Virus record (IMG/VR): IMGVR_UViG_3300031992_004563
Coordinates: 64,001-128,000 of that record
DNA from: a virus
Lineage: Duplodnaviria > Heunggongvirae > Uroviricota > Caudoviricetes
DNA length: 64,000 bases
Direction: 5' to 3' (one strand)
Shown: positions 43,510 through 54,278 of the stretch, piece after piece
How the letters are laid out: each line of letters opens with the position of its first letter
Numbering within the stretch: position 1 is the first letter of the stretch
Made by a program: the position numbers and the translations under genes
Notes under the pieces: generated by a model
What the model was told of the DNA's origin: nothing
The model's input: only the letters and a program-made list of their open reading frames with translations
Database searches by the model: none

Positions 43510-44313
43510 ATGAATAAAAATTTAAATGAGGCATTATCTATAGCAAATGAAATATTAGAAGAAACAATATTAATACATAATAATATTGAAAATGATATAT
43601 TATCACAAACAGATAATGATTATGCTGGTAAATATTATTATGGTAAATTTAATAAAAATATTTTTGGTTTAGATTTTACAGTTCAATATAAATGTTACAC
43701 TGAAATAGAAAATTATAATGTATTACATGGAAGAACAACAATTAAAGATAGATTATTAGAATTAATTGTTTATAATGGTTTTAAAACATTTGATAATATC
43801 TTAATTCATGAACTTTTACATATATATCAATATGTTAAAAATAAAATAGATTATGATGAACAAGGTGCTAATAAAGAATTGTATAAAATTGTTGGAAATA
43901 TTTTAGGTGATAGAGATCGTAATTACTTAGATATAGAAAAAACATTTGCAGGAGCATTATATTTGACATTTCCTTATGAACAAGATGCAATGGCGCATGG
44001 ATTATATATGACATTAGATAATTTTCCATCAGTAATGATTAATAATGTTGTAAAAAATACTGATGAATATTTATATTTAACAGATCTTAAGTATGCAATA
44101 GATAATATTGATATTTTTGATGAAGCTTTATTTAATAATTTATTGACAAAAAATAAGTTTTTAAATATGTGTAAGAAATCATATAATAGATATAAAACAA
44201 AAATTGAACATGTTGTTCAACATATTATAGATGATAAATCAAAATTAAATGAAGGATTGACACATTTTATTCCTTCTCATCATATAGAACGTATAAAAAA
44301 TAATAAACAATAA
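43510..44313 (+). CDS. Hypothetical HExxH protein
   Basis: ILIHELLHIYQ..EQDA. Confidence 0.75.
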   Translation: MNKNLNEALSIANEILEETILIHNNIENDILSQTDNDYAGKYYYGKFNKNIFGLDFTVQYKCYTEIENYNVLHGRTTIKDRLLELIVYNGFKTFDNILIHELLHIYQYVKNKIDYDEQGANKELYKIVGNILGDRDRNYLDIEKTFAGALYLTFPYEQDAMAHGLYMTLDNFPSVMINNVVKNTDEYLYLTDLKYAIDNIDIFDEALFNNLLTKNKFLNMCKKSYNRYKTKIEHVVQHIIDDKSKLNEGLTHFIPSHHIERIKNNKQ

Positions 44314-44314
44314 T

Positions 44315-44656
44315 ATGGATAAAAAACAACCTACACCCACTGTAGCAGCATTTGGTGTTGAATCTCAACCTACACCTGTTGTAGCACCATCTGGTACTGA
44401 ATCTCAACCAATGACGTATGAGCATGTAAATCACCCAAATCATTATAACAATTATGACATTGAAGTAATTGATATGATGGAAAAAATTTGGGGGCCTGCA
44501 TATCTTTATATTTGGTGTACCCTTACAGCTTTTAAATATCGTATGAGAATGGGTACAAAACCAGGCGAAGATATTATTACCGACATAAATAAAGAAAAAT
44601 GGTATCTTGATAAAGCAGCAGAACTTAAAGAAAAATTAAATCAACAAAAGAAATGA
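44315..44656 (+). CDS. DUF3310 protein (T7 gp1.7-like nucleotide kinase)
   Basis: VNHPNHY..EVID..KY..R.G.K..DINKEKWY. Confidence 0.85.
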   Translation: MDKKQPTPTVAAFGVESQPTPVVAPSGTESQPMTYEHVNHPNHYNNYDIEVIDMMEKIWGPAYLYIWCTLTAFKYRMRMGTKPGEDIITDINKEKWYLDKAAELKEKLNQQKK

Positions 44657-46014
44657 AAACTAAAGAAGATTTATTAAAACGTGTTAATGAATTGACCGAA
44701 TATTTTAATTTACGTGGTTGGCATCAACATATTGATCGTAGCCGTTATAGTTGTGATGCAATTAAAGATCTTGAAAAATCAGATGATATGATTAATTTTT
44801 TAATTGAATTGGTTAATATCATGAAGAAATACAATATTTCTGCGTCTGGTGTAAATGGCCATTGGTGCAATTTTCATACAATAACTGAAAACCAAGATGA
44901 TGAAACACGATTTGGAGTATCAAATATGTGGTATCTTCTCAAATCTCAAGAAGAAATGGATGAAGAAATAGAAAAAGGCAAAAAAGCACAATATGAGCGA
45001 ATGTTAAATAATCGTGTAAAATTTTCTTTACCAGAAGATTTAAAACTTTCAAAATATCCTGATGAAGATGAGGATGATTGTAAGTGTTTAGAACCAGAAG
45101 AAGAAACAGAATGTGCAGATGAGCAAGAAATAGAATCAAAAGATTTTAATGCAGAATTTACAGGTGATATTGAAACATATGTAAAAGTAAATCATTTAGA
45201 AACATTTATAAGTAAAGATGATAAAATAAAAGAGATATGTAATAAATTAGTACAGGTACTTAATAAATATCGTTTCTATAATGGTCAAATTGAAATAAAA
45301 AATCCAGAAGAAATTATTAATAAAATTCAATTAGAATTAATAATGGATAATTCTAATAGTGTTGATGAAAAAAATGAAGAATCATATGCAGTATTAGTCA
45401 AAAATGTATTATTTAAATATATAGAATCATATTATGAAGATTCATATGATGTTACACAATATTCTTTAAAAAATTCAATTAATAACTCATGTATAATTGT
45501 TAATATTGAAGATAATATTAGTATTAAAAACATTGAAATTACTGAGCCTAAATGGCTATTAGATGAACCTATTAATGATGGCTTTTTTGAATCTGACAAT
45601 GAAGTTGATGATAGAGATGATGAAGATGATGAATATGAAGAATTATGTGATTATGATGCAATTGGCTCATTTACAGCCGATATTGAATTAAATATTGGAA
45701 AAGTTGAATCTAATGATGTAGATGAAGATTTGATAAATACATGTTATGAGAAAGTATATGATATTCTTGAGAGTGATGGTGTTTCAATAGATTCGGATGA
45801 AGATGAATTATTTGAAAGAATAAAAATTAAAGAGCTTAAAGATGGAACGACTTTAGTAACTATTGATGAAGTAGAATGTTCTGTACGAGTAGATATTCAA
45901 GCATCTTGTTTAGATGAAGCTAATGATGAAAGATGGTCAGCATTTGATAATATTATATGTTCACTTGATTATCTAAAAAATATTAGAAATGAGCATGTGT
46001 CAGAAGCTGATTGA
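44653..46014 (+). CDS. Acidic hypothetical protein
   Basis: 453-aa ORF. Confidence 0.8.
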   Translation: MKTKEDLLKRVNELTEYFNLRGWHQHIDRSRYSCDAIKDLEKSDDMINFLIELVNIMKKYNISASGVNGHWCNFHTITENQDDETRFGVSNMWYLLKSQEEMDEEIEKGKKAQYERMLNNRVKFSLPEDLKLSKYPDEDEDDCKCLEPEEETECADEQEIESKDFNAEFTGDIETYVKVNHLETFISKDDKIKEICNKLVQVLNKYRFYNGQIEIKNPEEIINKIQLELIMDNSNSVDEKNEESYAVLVKNVLFKYIESYYEDSYDVTQYSLKNSINNSCIIVNIEDNISIKNIEITEPKWLLDEPINDGFFESDNEVDDRDDEDDEYEELCDYDAIGSFTADIELNIGKVESNDVDEDLINTCYEKVYDILESDGVSIDSDEDELFERIKIKELKDGTTLVTIDEVECSVRVDIQASCLDEANDERWSAFDNIICSLDYLKNIRNEHVSEAD

Positions 46015-46055
46015 TTTCTAACACATATAAATAATAAAATGAAATTAGTTGAATA

Positions 46056-48059
46056 ATGAATAATCATTGGAAACGCATCGAGGGGATTGGTTTAGGAATA
46101 GTCGCATTTGAGGGGACAGAACATCTTGCTAATATAATCACTGAATTTAGGGATATTGTTGATTATGTTGTTATTGGTCTTCAAAGAAAATCATATCATG
46201 GAGACCCAATTGATCCAACAGATTTAAATGAAATATTTAGATTAAAGGATGAGGATCATTTAGTTGATAATGTTCTTGAAGTAGAATTAGATACTAAAAA
46301 AGAACCTAGAATTCAAGAAACTGATAAACGAAATATGCTTATTCAAGATATTGAAAATCATGGCTGTTCACATGCAATTATTATAGATTCTGATGAATAT
46401 TATACACATAAAAGTATTTTAAGAGCTGTACAGGAAATTGATGAAAATGATTATGAAATAACATATTGTCAATATGTTAATTATTATGCAGATTATAATC
46501 ATTTCTTAGTATATCCATTTAAAGATGGAATGTATGTTCCATTTATAACAAAAACTAAATATAGACATTCATTTGAATGTTATGACACCGTTAATGGGCA
46601 TAGATTCCAATTTCCTGATTTTGCGCTTCCGTCAGACCCAACTAGAAGATATGTTAGGCCATTTGATAGAATTGATATTGTTCAATTACCTCAAGGCCAA
46701 ACAATTAAAGATGCTTCTGGACAACAACTAAGCTGGATGCCTAAAAAACACTATTTAGTTGAATATCATATTTTCCCATGGGAAACCGTTAAGATGCATC
46801 ACTTATCATGGCTTCGTGCCGATATGAGAAAAAAGGTTAATAACTGGTCATCAAAAACATGCTTTCAAAATTATAATGACTTAATTGATAAAGCAATAGA
46901 TGTATATAATCATTTTGATCATGAATCAAAAGAACAACAAATGGCATCATTATTATTTAATACTCCAAATCATGAAGTATTTGTAAGAGCCTTCCCTAAA
47001 CAATATATACATCCAAAATATGATTATCAAACCAGACTTCGCCCAGTAAGAAATGAAAAGAAAATTGCTATTATGAATTTGTCTACAACTAATAGCAAAA
47101 TTCATTTATATGAAAAATTAGAACAATGCGGACAAGAAACATGGGCAAAAGATATTATTAACGGTAAATATCCAAACATAGATTATTGGGCAGTTATCGA
47201 TTGTCATGAAGAATCACATATTGATTTAGATAAACATATCATTTATATTAAAACTGACTATACAAAAGATAATATTCAACAATTATTGCAACGCTGGTTA
47301 AGTGCATATGAATTAGTATCTAAACATAAAACATATGATTATATTGTTAGAACTAATATTTCAACTTGGGTAAATGTGGAATTTATTAATGAAATGCTTG
47401 CATATGAAACAGATGATTCTAAAATCTTTTCTCATTGTTTCCAAACTGCATTTTGGTCAAGTTTTAATATATATCCACAAGGATCAATGATGGTATGGTC
47501 AGCCAGAAATATTCAAGTTTTGAAAGACTTAATTAATCAAACTTCACAGGATTTATTAAATGCGGTATATGATGATGTATTAATAGGAATATTATGGAAA
47601 CGCCGTGCTGAATATATAGGATTAACTAATTATATAAATTGCTATACTTCGCTTGATGGAAATTGTTTAAGAGAAGAATATGATAAAATTAATTGGGAGA
47701 ATGTTGAAATCCTTCCAACAATGCAAATAAAAACCCGTTCAATAAATGAAACATTGGCTAAAGATGAAACATATAGATTAAATAATGATATCCCAAAAAT
47801 GAAAAAATATGATGAACAATATAGAAATTGGAGAAGTTCATTATCATATGAAGAATTTACTAAATACGTTAAAGATTATATGAAATATAACATAAATAAA
47901 TTCATTAATGTATTAGGTATGACAAGGAATGAATGGATTAATGGAAAATGGGAAGATAAAGAATTATCATTACATAATTATATGCAATATAATCAAAAAA
48001 CATTAGATTGGCTAAAAAACAAACGAATTGAATGCGGATATGAAAAAAAGGAGGATTAA
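46056..48059 (+). CDS. Two-domain glycosyltransferase-like protein
   Basis: ETDKRN..IIDSDEYY (GT-A DxD); second domain YDYIVRTNISTWVN..DDV. Confidence 0.7.
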   Translation: MNNHWKRIEGIGLGIVAFEGTEHLANIITEFRDIVDYVVIGLQRKSYHGDPIDPTDLNEIFRLKDEDHLVDNVLEVELDTKKEPRIQETDKRNMLIQDIENHGCSHAIIIDSDEYYTHKSILRAVQEIDENDYEITYCQYVNYYADYNHFLVYPFKDGMYVPFITKTKYRHSFECYDTVNGHRFQFPDFALPSDPTRRYVRPFDRIDIVQLPQGQTIKDASGQQLSWMPKKHYLVEYHIFPWETVKMHHLSWLRADMRKKVNNWSSKTCFQNYNDLIDKAIDVYNHFDHESKEQQMASLLFNTPNHEVFVRAFPKQYIHPKYDYQTRLRPVRNEKKIAIMNLSTTNSKIHLYEKLEQCGQETWAKDIINGKYPNIDYWAVIDCHEESHIDLDKHIIYIKTDYTKDNIQQLLQRWLSAYELVSKHKTYDYIVRTNISTWVNVEFINEMLAYETDDSKIFSHCFQTAFWSSFNIYPQGSMMVWSARNIQVLKDLINQTSQDLLNAVYDDVLIGILWKRRAEYIGLTNYINCYTSLDGNCLREEYDKINWENVEILPTMQIKTRSINETLAKDETYRLNNDIPKMKKYDEQYRNWRSSLSYEEFTKYVKDYMKYNINKFINVLGMTRNEWINGKWEDKELSLHNYMQYNQKTLDWLKNKRIECGYEKKED

Positions 48060-48073
48060 TTCCTCCTTTATTT

Positions 48074-48637
48074 TTATAATAAACCAAGCTACTAAAAGGT
48101 TCGTTCAGTTATTACCATGAATTCGGCCCCACGTGATTCAAAGTATTCTTTAGCAGCTGACCATTTACTTTGGTTTGTTAAATATGTTTGTGCAGCTTTA
48201 TTATAGGCTTTATGATCTTTTAATGTTGCAGTTTCAGTTAATGGCTTTGGACACTGTGTTTGATCATATGGTTTTACTTCAATAAAAATTCTCTTTTTTC
48301 CATCTGGTTTCGATTCATCAGCAAGTTCAATCCAAAAATCAGTGTAATAAGTTCTTGGCTTCCAATACTATGGATTATTTGGATCTAAATTATTTTTCAT
48401 ACAATAATCTAAATTGCCAACTGGATCTAAATATTTAACACCAATTGGTTCAGACGCTACTTTAAGAATTAAAGGATTTTCATCAGCCCAACGCATAAAT
48501 AAAAATTCCCAACTACTTCTATAGACATTATTTAAAGTTAGCCATTTTTCAGGATGTTTTGGTGTATAATATCCCTAATGGTATTTAACTTTATCACTTA
48601 TAATAGGTTTATGTGTATATTTATATTGATCGTTCAT
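48074..48637 (-). CDS. Head completion nuclease (T4 gp4/TnsA-like), code 15
   Basis: YH(TAG=Q)GYYTPKHPEKW..YRSSWE..SEP..YYTDF..IEVKP; missing from the track. Confidence 0.88.
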
Positions 48638-48697
48638 AAAACTTTATTAGTTTTTTGTATATAATTATTGAGTTTTTAAGAAATTTTAATATTTATT

Positions 48698-49198
48698 ATG
48701 GCGAGAAAAAAGGCTGAAAATACAGAAGAAATTAAAAAACCAAAGGCTATTAGCCCATTTGATATTATTAAAATGATGTTTACAGATGTAAATGCATTTA
48801 ATAATTTGTCAAACATAATATTGGCAAAGAATTTCTTTATGATTAATAGAATTCTTTCTATTATGTTTCCAATGCAAGCACAATGTTTTAATAATGTTGA
48901 AATTAATCAAGCTGAAGTTATTAGAACATGGCAAAGATTTGTAACTGCTAAAATGGGATATGGACGAGTGCCAGGATTTGTATATACAAAAGGCGCAAAA
49001 GCTACGCAAGAATTAAATAAACTTGATGATATTTCTAAAGAAAATAAAGAATCTTATTGTAAACATTACCAAATATCTTTACGGGATTTTGATGATATGC
49101 TTTATTTTACACACGATAGTGTAATAGAGCATTTTAACAATTTTGTGAAAATTAATTCACAATCTGAACAAAATAAAACATTTACAAAATCTAAATAA
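48698..49198 (+). CDS. Possible clamp-loader small subunit (gp62-like)
   Basis: SPFDII..FMINRILS. Confidence 0.5.
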   Translation: MARKKAENTEEIKKPKAISPFDIIKMMFTDVNAFNNLSNIILAKNFFMINRILSIMFPMQAQCFNNVEINQAEVIRTWQRFVTAKMGYGRVPGFVYTKGAKATQELNKLDDISKENKESYCKHYQISLRDFDDMLYFTHDSVIEHFNNFVKINSQSEQNKTFTKSK

Positions 49199-49200
49199 TT

Positions 49201-49807
49201 ATGACACCAAAGTATTTTAATTTAAAAGAACAATATGCAATTTTATCAAATATTGCTAAACATATAAATATACTTAATGAGATAAAATATACATATGGCG
49301 CAGGAAATATGACAGTTGATGAATTGGATAAATTTTTATCTGAACGATATGCTAAAATAGAACAAGATATTGAACAAGAAATAAAAAGTTAACATGGAAA
49401 ATAATTTTGTAAATATTGAAAATGCTAAACTATTAAAAGAACTTGGGTATAATATTCCATGTAAAAGTAGATTTGCAGATATAGATTATATTCATCCATT
49501 AGATATTACTTTAAGTAATATTGAAGATTGTAAAGAAGAAAAAAATTGGAATGCTACAGAAGATAGTGTATCGGTTCCAGAATTTGAAGATGTAAGAACT
49601 TGGCTGCATAAAAAATATAATGTTGGAATAGGAATAACACCATCATTTTGGGAAATTAATTTAGGACATGAAGTTGATGATCCATATACATGGTTTTGCC
49701 GATCAAGTTTTGGTATATCTGATGGTACAAATTTTAATGAAGTTTATAATAAAGAATTAAAAAGAGTTTTAATGAACTTATTAAAAATAGAAAAAGATTA
49801 TGAGTAA
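49201..49807 (+). CDS. Two hypothetical genes (49201-49392, 49394-49807)
   Basis: In-operon ORFs. Confidence 0.7.
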
Positions 49808-50342
49808 AAAACAAGAAAACACTAAGAAAGAAAAAGTGGAAGCACCTAAAATGGAATGTGCAAGTAATGAAACTGTAAATTCATCAGTATCGAATGCTCA
49901 AGCAGAAGAGCCAAATTTTAAAGATTTGTATCTTCGTACACTTGCTGATATGGATAATCTTCGTAAAAATACTAATAAACGTATTTCTGAGATTTATCAA
50001 TCTGCAAATGAAAAAATTATTTATGAAATGCTTTCATATTTAGATTCTTTAAATTTAGCAGTTGAACATGAAGCGTGTAGATTAGATACAAATGAATATA
50101 ATGATGGGTTTGAGGCATTACAATCACAATTTAAAAGTATTCTTAGTAGATTTGGTGTAAAAGAAATTGAAATTCTTGCAGTTGAACCATTTGATGATTC
50201 AAAAATGAATGCAATTATGACAATGGCAACTAAAGATAAAAATTTGCATAATAAAGTATGTGATGTAACAAAAAAGGGTTATATGTTATATGATAAAGTT
50301 CTTCGTTATGCAGATGTAGTGGTTTATAATTATTCAGAATAA
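49800..50342 (+). CDS. grpE: GrpE nucleotide exchange factor
   Basis: LRTLADMDNLRK..PFD..KGYMLYDKVLRYADVVV. Confidence 0.92.
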   Translation: MSKKQENTKKEKVEAPKMECASNETVNSSVSNAQAEEPNFKDLYLRTLADMDNLRKNTNKRISEIYQSANEKIIYEMLSYLDSLNLAVEHEACRLDTNEYNDGFEALQSQFKSILSRFGVKEIEILAVEPFDDSKMNAIMTMATKDKNLHNKVCDVTKKGYMLYDKVLRYADVVVYNYSE

Positions 50343-50355
50343 AATTTTTTAAAGT

Positions 50356-51539
50356 ATGCAAGCAAATTATAGAATTATTAAAATTGGAAAAAAGTATTTT
50401 CCACAATCTCGATTTCAACATGTTGTAACAGTAGGAAAGGTCGATATTCAGCCTATTCATGATTGGATATATTTTAAAGATGCACATGGAGATGACCAAT
50501 GGTTTAATACATATGAAGAAGCATTAAATGCATGTATTGAAGACGAGAAAACAGAAGTATTCGATGAAATTACTGAAGTTACAATTAATCACGGGAAAGT
50601 GATAGAAGAGCAAAAAGTATTTGCTTAAAAAGAATTTGCAACATAACAATAAAAATTATTTTTATGTATAAATGATAAATTATCCAGATATTGATTGGCA
50701 TAATCAATGTAAAGTTTGTTTAAAAGCATTAAATACATCTCATTGTATGAAAAATCAAGGATTTATTGAGAAACTTAATACAATGAAGAATGAATATATT
50801 GGTGATGTGGAGTTTGAATGTGAATATTTCTCTCCAGATAATGAAAAATTGAAAAATAATTAATATGAAAGAAAGCACAGAAGAAAATATTATTGATGTT
50901 CAAAAAAATTATTCTGAAGAAATTATTTCAGAAATTCAAAACGCAATAGATTCTAATAATGCATCAATAAAAGTATTATCAAATATTGATGAATTGCCAA
51001 AAGTAATTTTTATAGATAACGCAAAAATTGTTTTAACATACATAAATAATAGGTATGATAGTTGTTTATATCTAGAAAATTGTATGGATAAGGAAACATC
51101 TAAAAAATGGAGATCCGAATCACCATATGTATTCTATCATAAAGATTGGAAACGATTAAATAAAAATGTAGATATTTTTGCCAATAATAATTATATTGAA
51201 TTAAGATTTAATGTAAAAGATGCAGAAATAGTTGTACTATTACGTAGAGTTGATTTAGAATTGGCAGAAAATACATTTGCATTGATGGAATATGGTGAAG
51301 TATGTTACAATGATGCTCATTATACAATTATTAAAGCATTTTCACCAACAATTGGAGAAAGTTATTCAAGTAAATCAATGCTTGAAAATACCAATTATAT
51401 AGAAAAATTATATGATAATTATGGGTCTGAAATTATATTTGGCGCAGATGGCAAATATAATATTGCAAGTAGTGATGAAGACAATACTACAATGTCAATT
51501 GATGAAATTCCAGATCCAGAATCAGAAGAATTATTTTAA
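50356..51539 (+). CDS. Three hypothetical genes (50356-50628, 50672-50863, 50865-51539)
   Basis: In-operon ORFs. Confidence 0.7.
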
Positions 51540-51541
51540 TT

Positions 51542-52381
51542 ATGAGTAAGGAAGAATTAATAGAAGTTTTTAAAGATACCGAAGATCTTTATACAAATTA
51601 TTCTGGTATTGAAGATGCTGCAGAATATTGCAAGAAACATACGCATATATATGATAATATTATTATAAAGAAACGTGACAATATATATCCATGTCCAGCA
51701 CTCATTAAAGTTACAAATAGAGATACAATAACTGCCGCTCAGGAATATTCTAAAATTGCAGATACAATGGATGATGGATTTGCTGGAATTCTTAATTTTG
51801 CATCAGCAACAACACCTGGTGGTGGAGTAACTAAAGGAAGTTCTGCACAAGAAGAATGTATATGTAGATGCTCTACATTATATCCAGCATTAAATCAAAG
51901 AAAATGTTGGGACAAATATTATAATGTTAATAGAGCGTCTGGAACTAATCTTGGAAGCGATACCATTATTTATACACAGGATGTTTTAATCATAAAAGAT
52001 AAAAATTATAAACGTCTTAATGATACATTTTATGTTGATGTAATTACTTGTGCAGCTCCTAATCTTAGAGAAAAACCAAATAATTTATATAATGATGGTG
52101 CAAGTAAAACGCAATTAACACTTACAGACGAGGAATTATATGATATTCATGTAAAAAGAGCAAAATGTATTTTTGAAGTTGCCATTGAACAAGGCATAGA
52201 TTATTTGGTTCTTGGTGCTTTTGGATGTGGTGCATTTAAAAACAATCCAGAAATAGTTGCTAAAGCATATAATGATGTATTGTCAGAATATAAGTATAAT
52301 TTTAAAATTATTGATTTTGCAATTATTGATGGTAAAAATTCAAATAATTATGAAGTATTTAAACGAATTTTACTTCAATAA
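51542..52381 (+). CDS. Bacterial-type PARG macrodomain (TIGR02452/DUF2263)
   Basis: LNFASATTPGGG..AQEE..RCSTL; LGAFGCGAFKN. Confidence 0.9.
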   Translation: MSKEELIEVFKDTEDLYTNYSGIEDAAEYCKKHTHIYDNIIIKKRDNIYPCPALIKVTNRDTITAAQEYSKIADTMDDGFAGILNFASATTPGGGVTKGSSAQEECICRCSTLYPALNQRKCWDKYYNVNRASGTNLGSDTIIYTQDVLIIKDKNYKRLNDTFYVDVITCAAPNLREKPNNLYNDGASKTQLTLTDEELYDIHVKRAKCIFEVAIEQGIDYLVLGAFGCGAFKNNPEIVAKAYNDVLSEYKYNFKIIDFAIIDGKNSNNYEVFKRILLQ

Positions 52382-52420
52382 ATAAGAAAAGAATTTTAAT
52401 AAAAAATAAAAATTAAAATT

Positions 52421-53482
52421 ATGATTAAACCCATTGAAAAATTAAAAGAGCAATCTGCAAAGTACATTAAAGATTTTATGCTTAATTGTACTATTGAAGA
52501 AAAAATAGATACACATTATGTTTGTGTAGAAGTCATTGCTAAAAATGAAATTAAAATTAAAAAAGCCAATGGAAAAGAAATAGATCGAGTTGATTTAATT
52601 CTTAATTCTATGTGGAGTAAATTATTTCTTGATTGGAATTATCTTTTACTTTCTAATAAAGAATGGTTTGAAAATCATGTTGGATATGGAATAAAAATGT
52701 TTTATTTTCCATGTGAAAAACCTATTAATACATTATATGATAAAGATTTAAGATATATTTTTGATTATGCATATTTTAAAGATGAAATTTATGATGTAGA
52801 AAAGGTATTATCAGATTTAAAATTTCCTGATGCATATAAAGTTAATTATAAATGTTTATTGAATAAAGTTAGTGTTAGTTCAATTCGAGCCATTTATCAA
52901 CACCATATACAAAAACTATTAAATGGAGAAGATGATTTCACTACAGTGTTCATGAGGCTTATCAAAGATGATTCTAAGATATATGCAATAGAAAAACCTG
53001 AAGGATTTATATTTAAATTTAATAAGAAAATTTTCCAAATAGAAAATAATAAAATTGAAATTGATCCTCAAGAAAAATCAAGTTATGAGTTTTTACTTTC
53101 AGATTTTATCAAATTTTCTAAAATGCATAATTATATTGATAGAGTTAATGCGTCATATACAAAAACAGTATGTAATCTTTTTAACAATTATATAATTAAT
53201 GGTGAAAAGATTAATCATACTATAGAGAATAATATAGATATAAAAGGAATTGAAAGCCCTTACATTGGAGAAAAATTCGATATTGGATATGAATATGTTC
53301 CAGATCAAGTAACAAAAGAACTTTGTAAAGAATCAGAACTTTATAAGAATATATTTAAAGTGCTTCTTGCAAATCTACGAAAGGGCAAAGATGAAACACA
53401 TTGTATATTTTTAACTAAGAAAGAAGTTAATGACTGGAATCTAATGATGAAGTCTATAAAAATGAGAAACCTCTACATTTAA
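52421..53482 (+). CDS. Hypothetical protein (possible ligase-like fold)
   Basis: EEKID and PEGFIF resemble nucleotidyltransferase motifs I and IV; weak. Confidence 0.6.
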   Translation: MIKPIEKLKEQSAKYIKDFMLNCTIEEKIDTHYVCVEVIAKNEIKIKKANGKEIDRVDLILNSMWSKLFLDWNYLLLSNKEWFENHVGYGIKMFYFPCEKPINTLYDKDLRYIFDYAYFKDEIYDVEKVLSDLKFPDAYKVNYKCLLNKVSVSSIRAIYQHHIQKLLNGEDDFTTVFMRLIKDDSKIYAIEKPEGFIFKFNKKIFQIENNKIEIDPQEKSSYEFLLSDFIKFSKMHNYIDRVNASYTKTVCNLFNNYIINGEKINHTIENNIDIKGIESPYIGEKFDIGYEYVPDQVTKELCKESELYKNIFKVLLANLRKGKDETHCIFLTKKEVNDWNLMMKSIKMRNLYI

Positions 53483-53498
53483 TTGTAGAGGTTTTTTA
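53467..53498. terminator. Terminator between convergent genes
   Basis: AAACCTCTACA/TGTAGAGGTTT hairpin with a T-run. Confidence 0.75.
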
Positions 53499-54278
53499 TG
53501 GTTTACAAACTGGGCAAATTGGCAAACCATTACATTTTTGTATATAATCTAATTTACAAAAATTTGAACCAAATGATAAGTACCATGCCTATCTAATACT
53601 ATACATTGTGGATGACCATAAATATCCACCCATAAATGAATCCTGTGTAGATTTTGCTGATGCAAATGGGAAAAATATAGATTTGCCATTTATTTTACTT
53701 ATAAGTTCACCACCCCATTTATGTTTATAATCAAATGTATATTCATCTATGTATTTATAAGTAGTATATTTTAATAATTCTTCAAACTATTCTTTAGTTG
53801 GAATATGAAATTTAAAATTATGAATATGTATGTTCTAATATGCAGCATCATCTTCCGGCAATAACTATGTTAAATTATTAAGATCATTATATTTGTATTG
53901 GTTTTCTATCATAAATTTATAATTAACCCATCCAAATTTAGCATCACCTCGTGCACCTTTATTAGGTTCAGTTTCACCCCATGCATAATAATTTATACAA
54001 TTATTGTCAGATCTTGGATCTGTCTTTTTCACTAATTCACCAGATGGAGATTCAATATATTCTATTCCCATATAATGTTTACACCATAATGTACCTGATG
54101 GAAGGCCTAAATCAACAAATATTTTATTTAGATCTACTCTCTTTTTAATTGTATCCTCTGTATCTATGACATCATTTTGATTTGATGATAAATCATTTAA
54201 ACCATCATCTTGATAATCGTCAAGTGCTAACTAGATACCTCTATTAACTGCTTCTAATATTTTATTATTAAATTTCAT
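53496..54278 (-). CDS. LALDD-leader protein with VDLGLPSG domain (code 15)
   Basis: MKFNNKILEAVNRGI(TAG)LALDD..VDLGLPSGTLW..PICPV. Confidence 0.85.
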
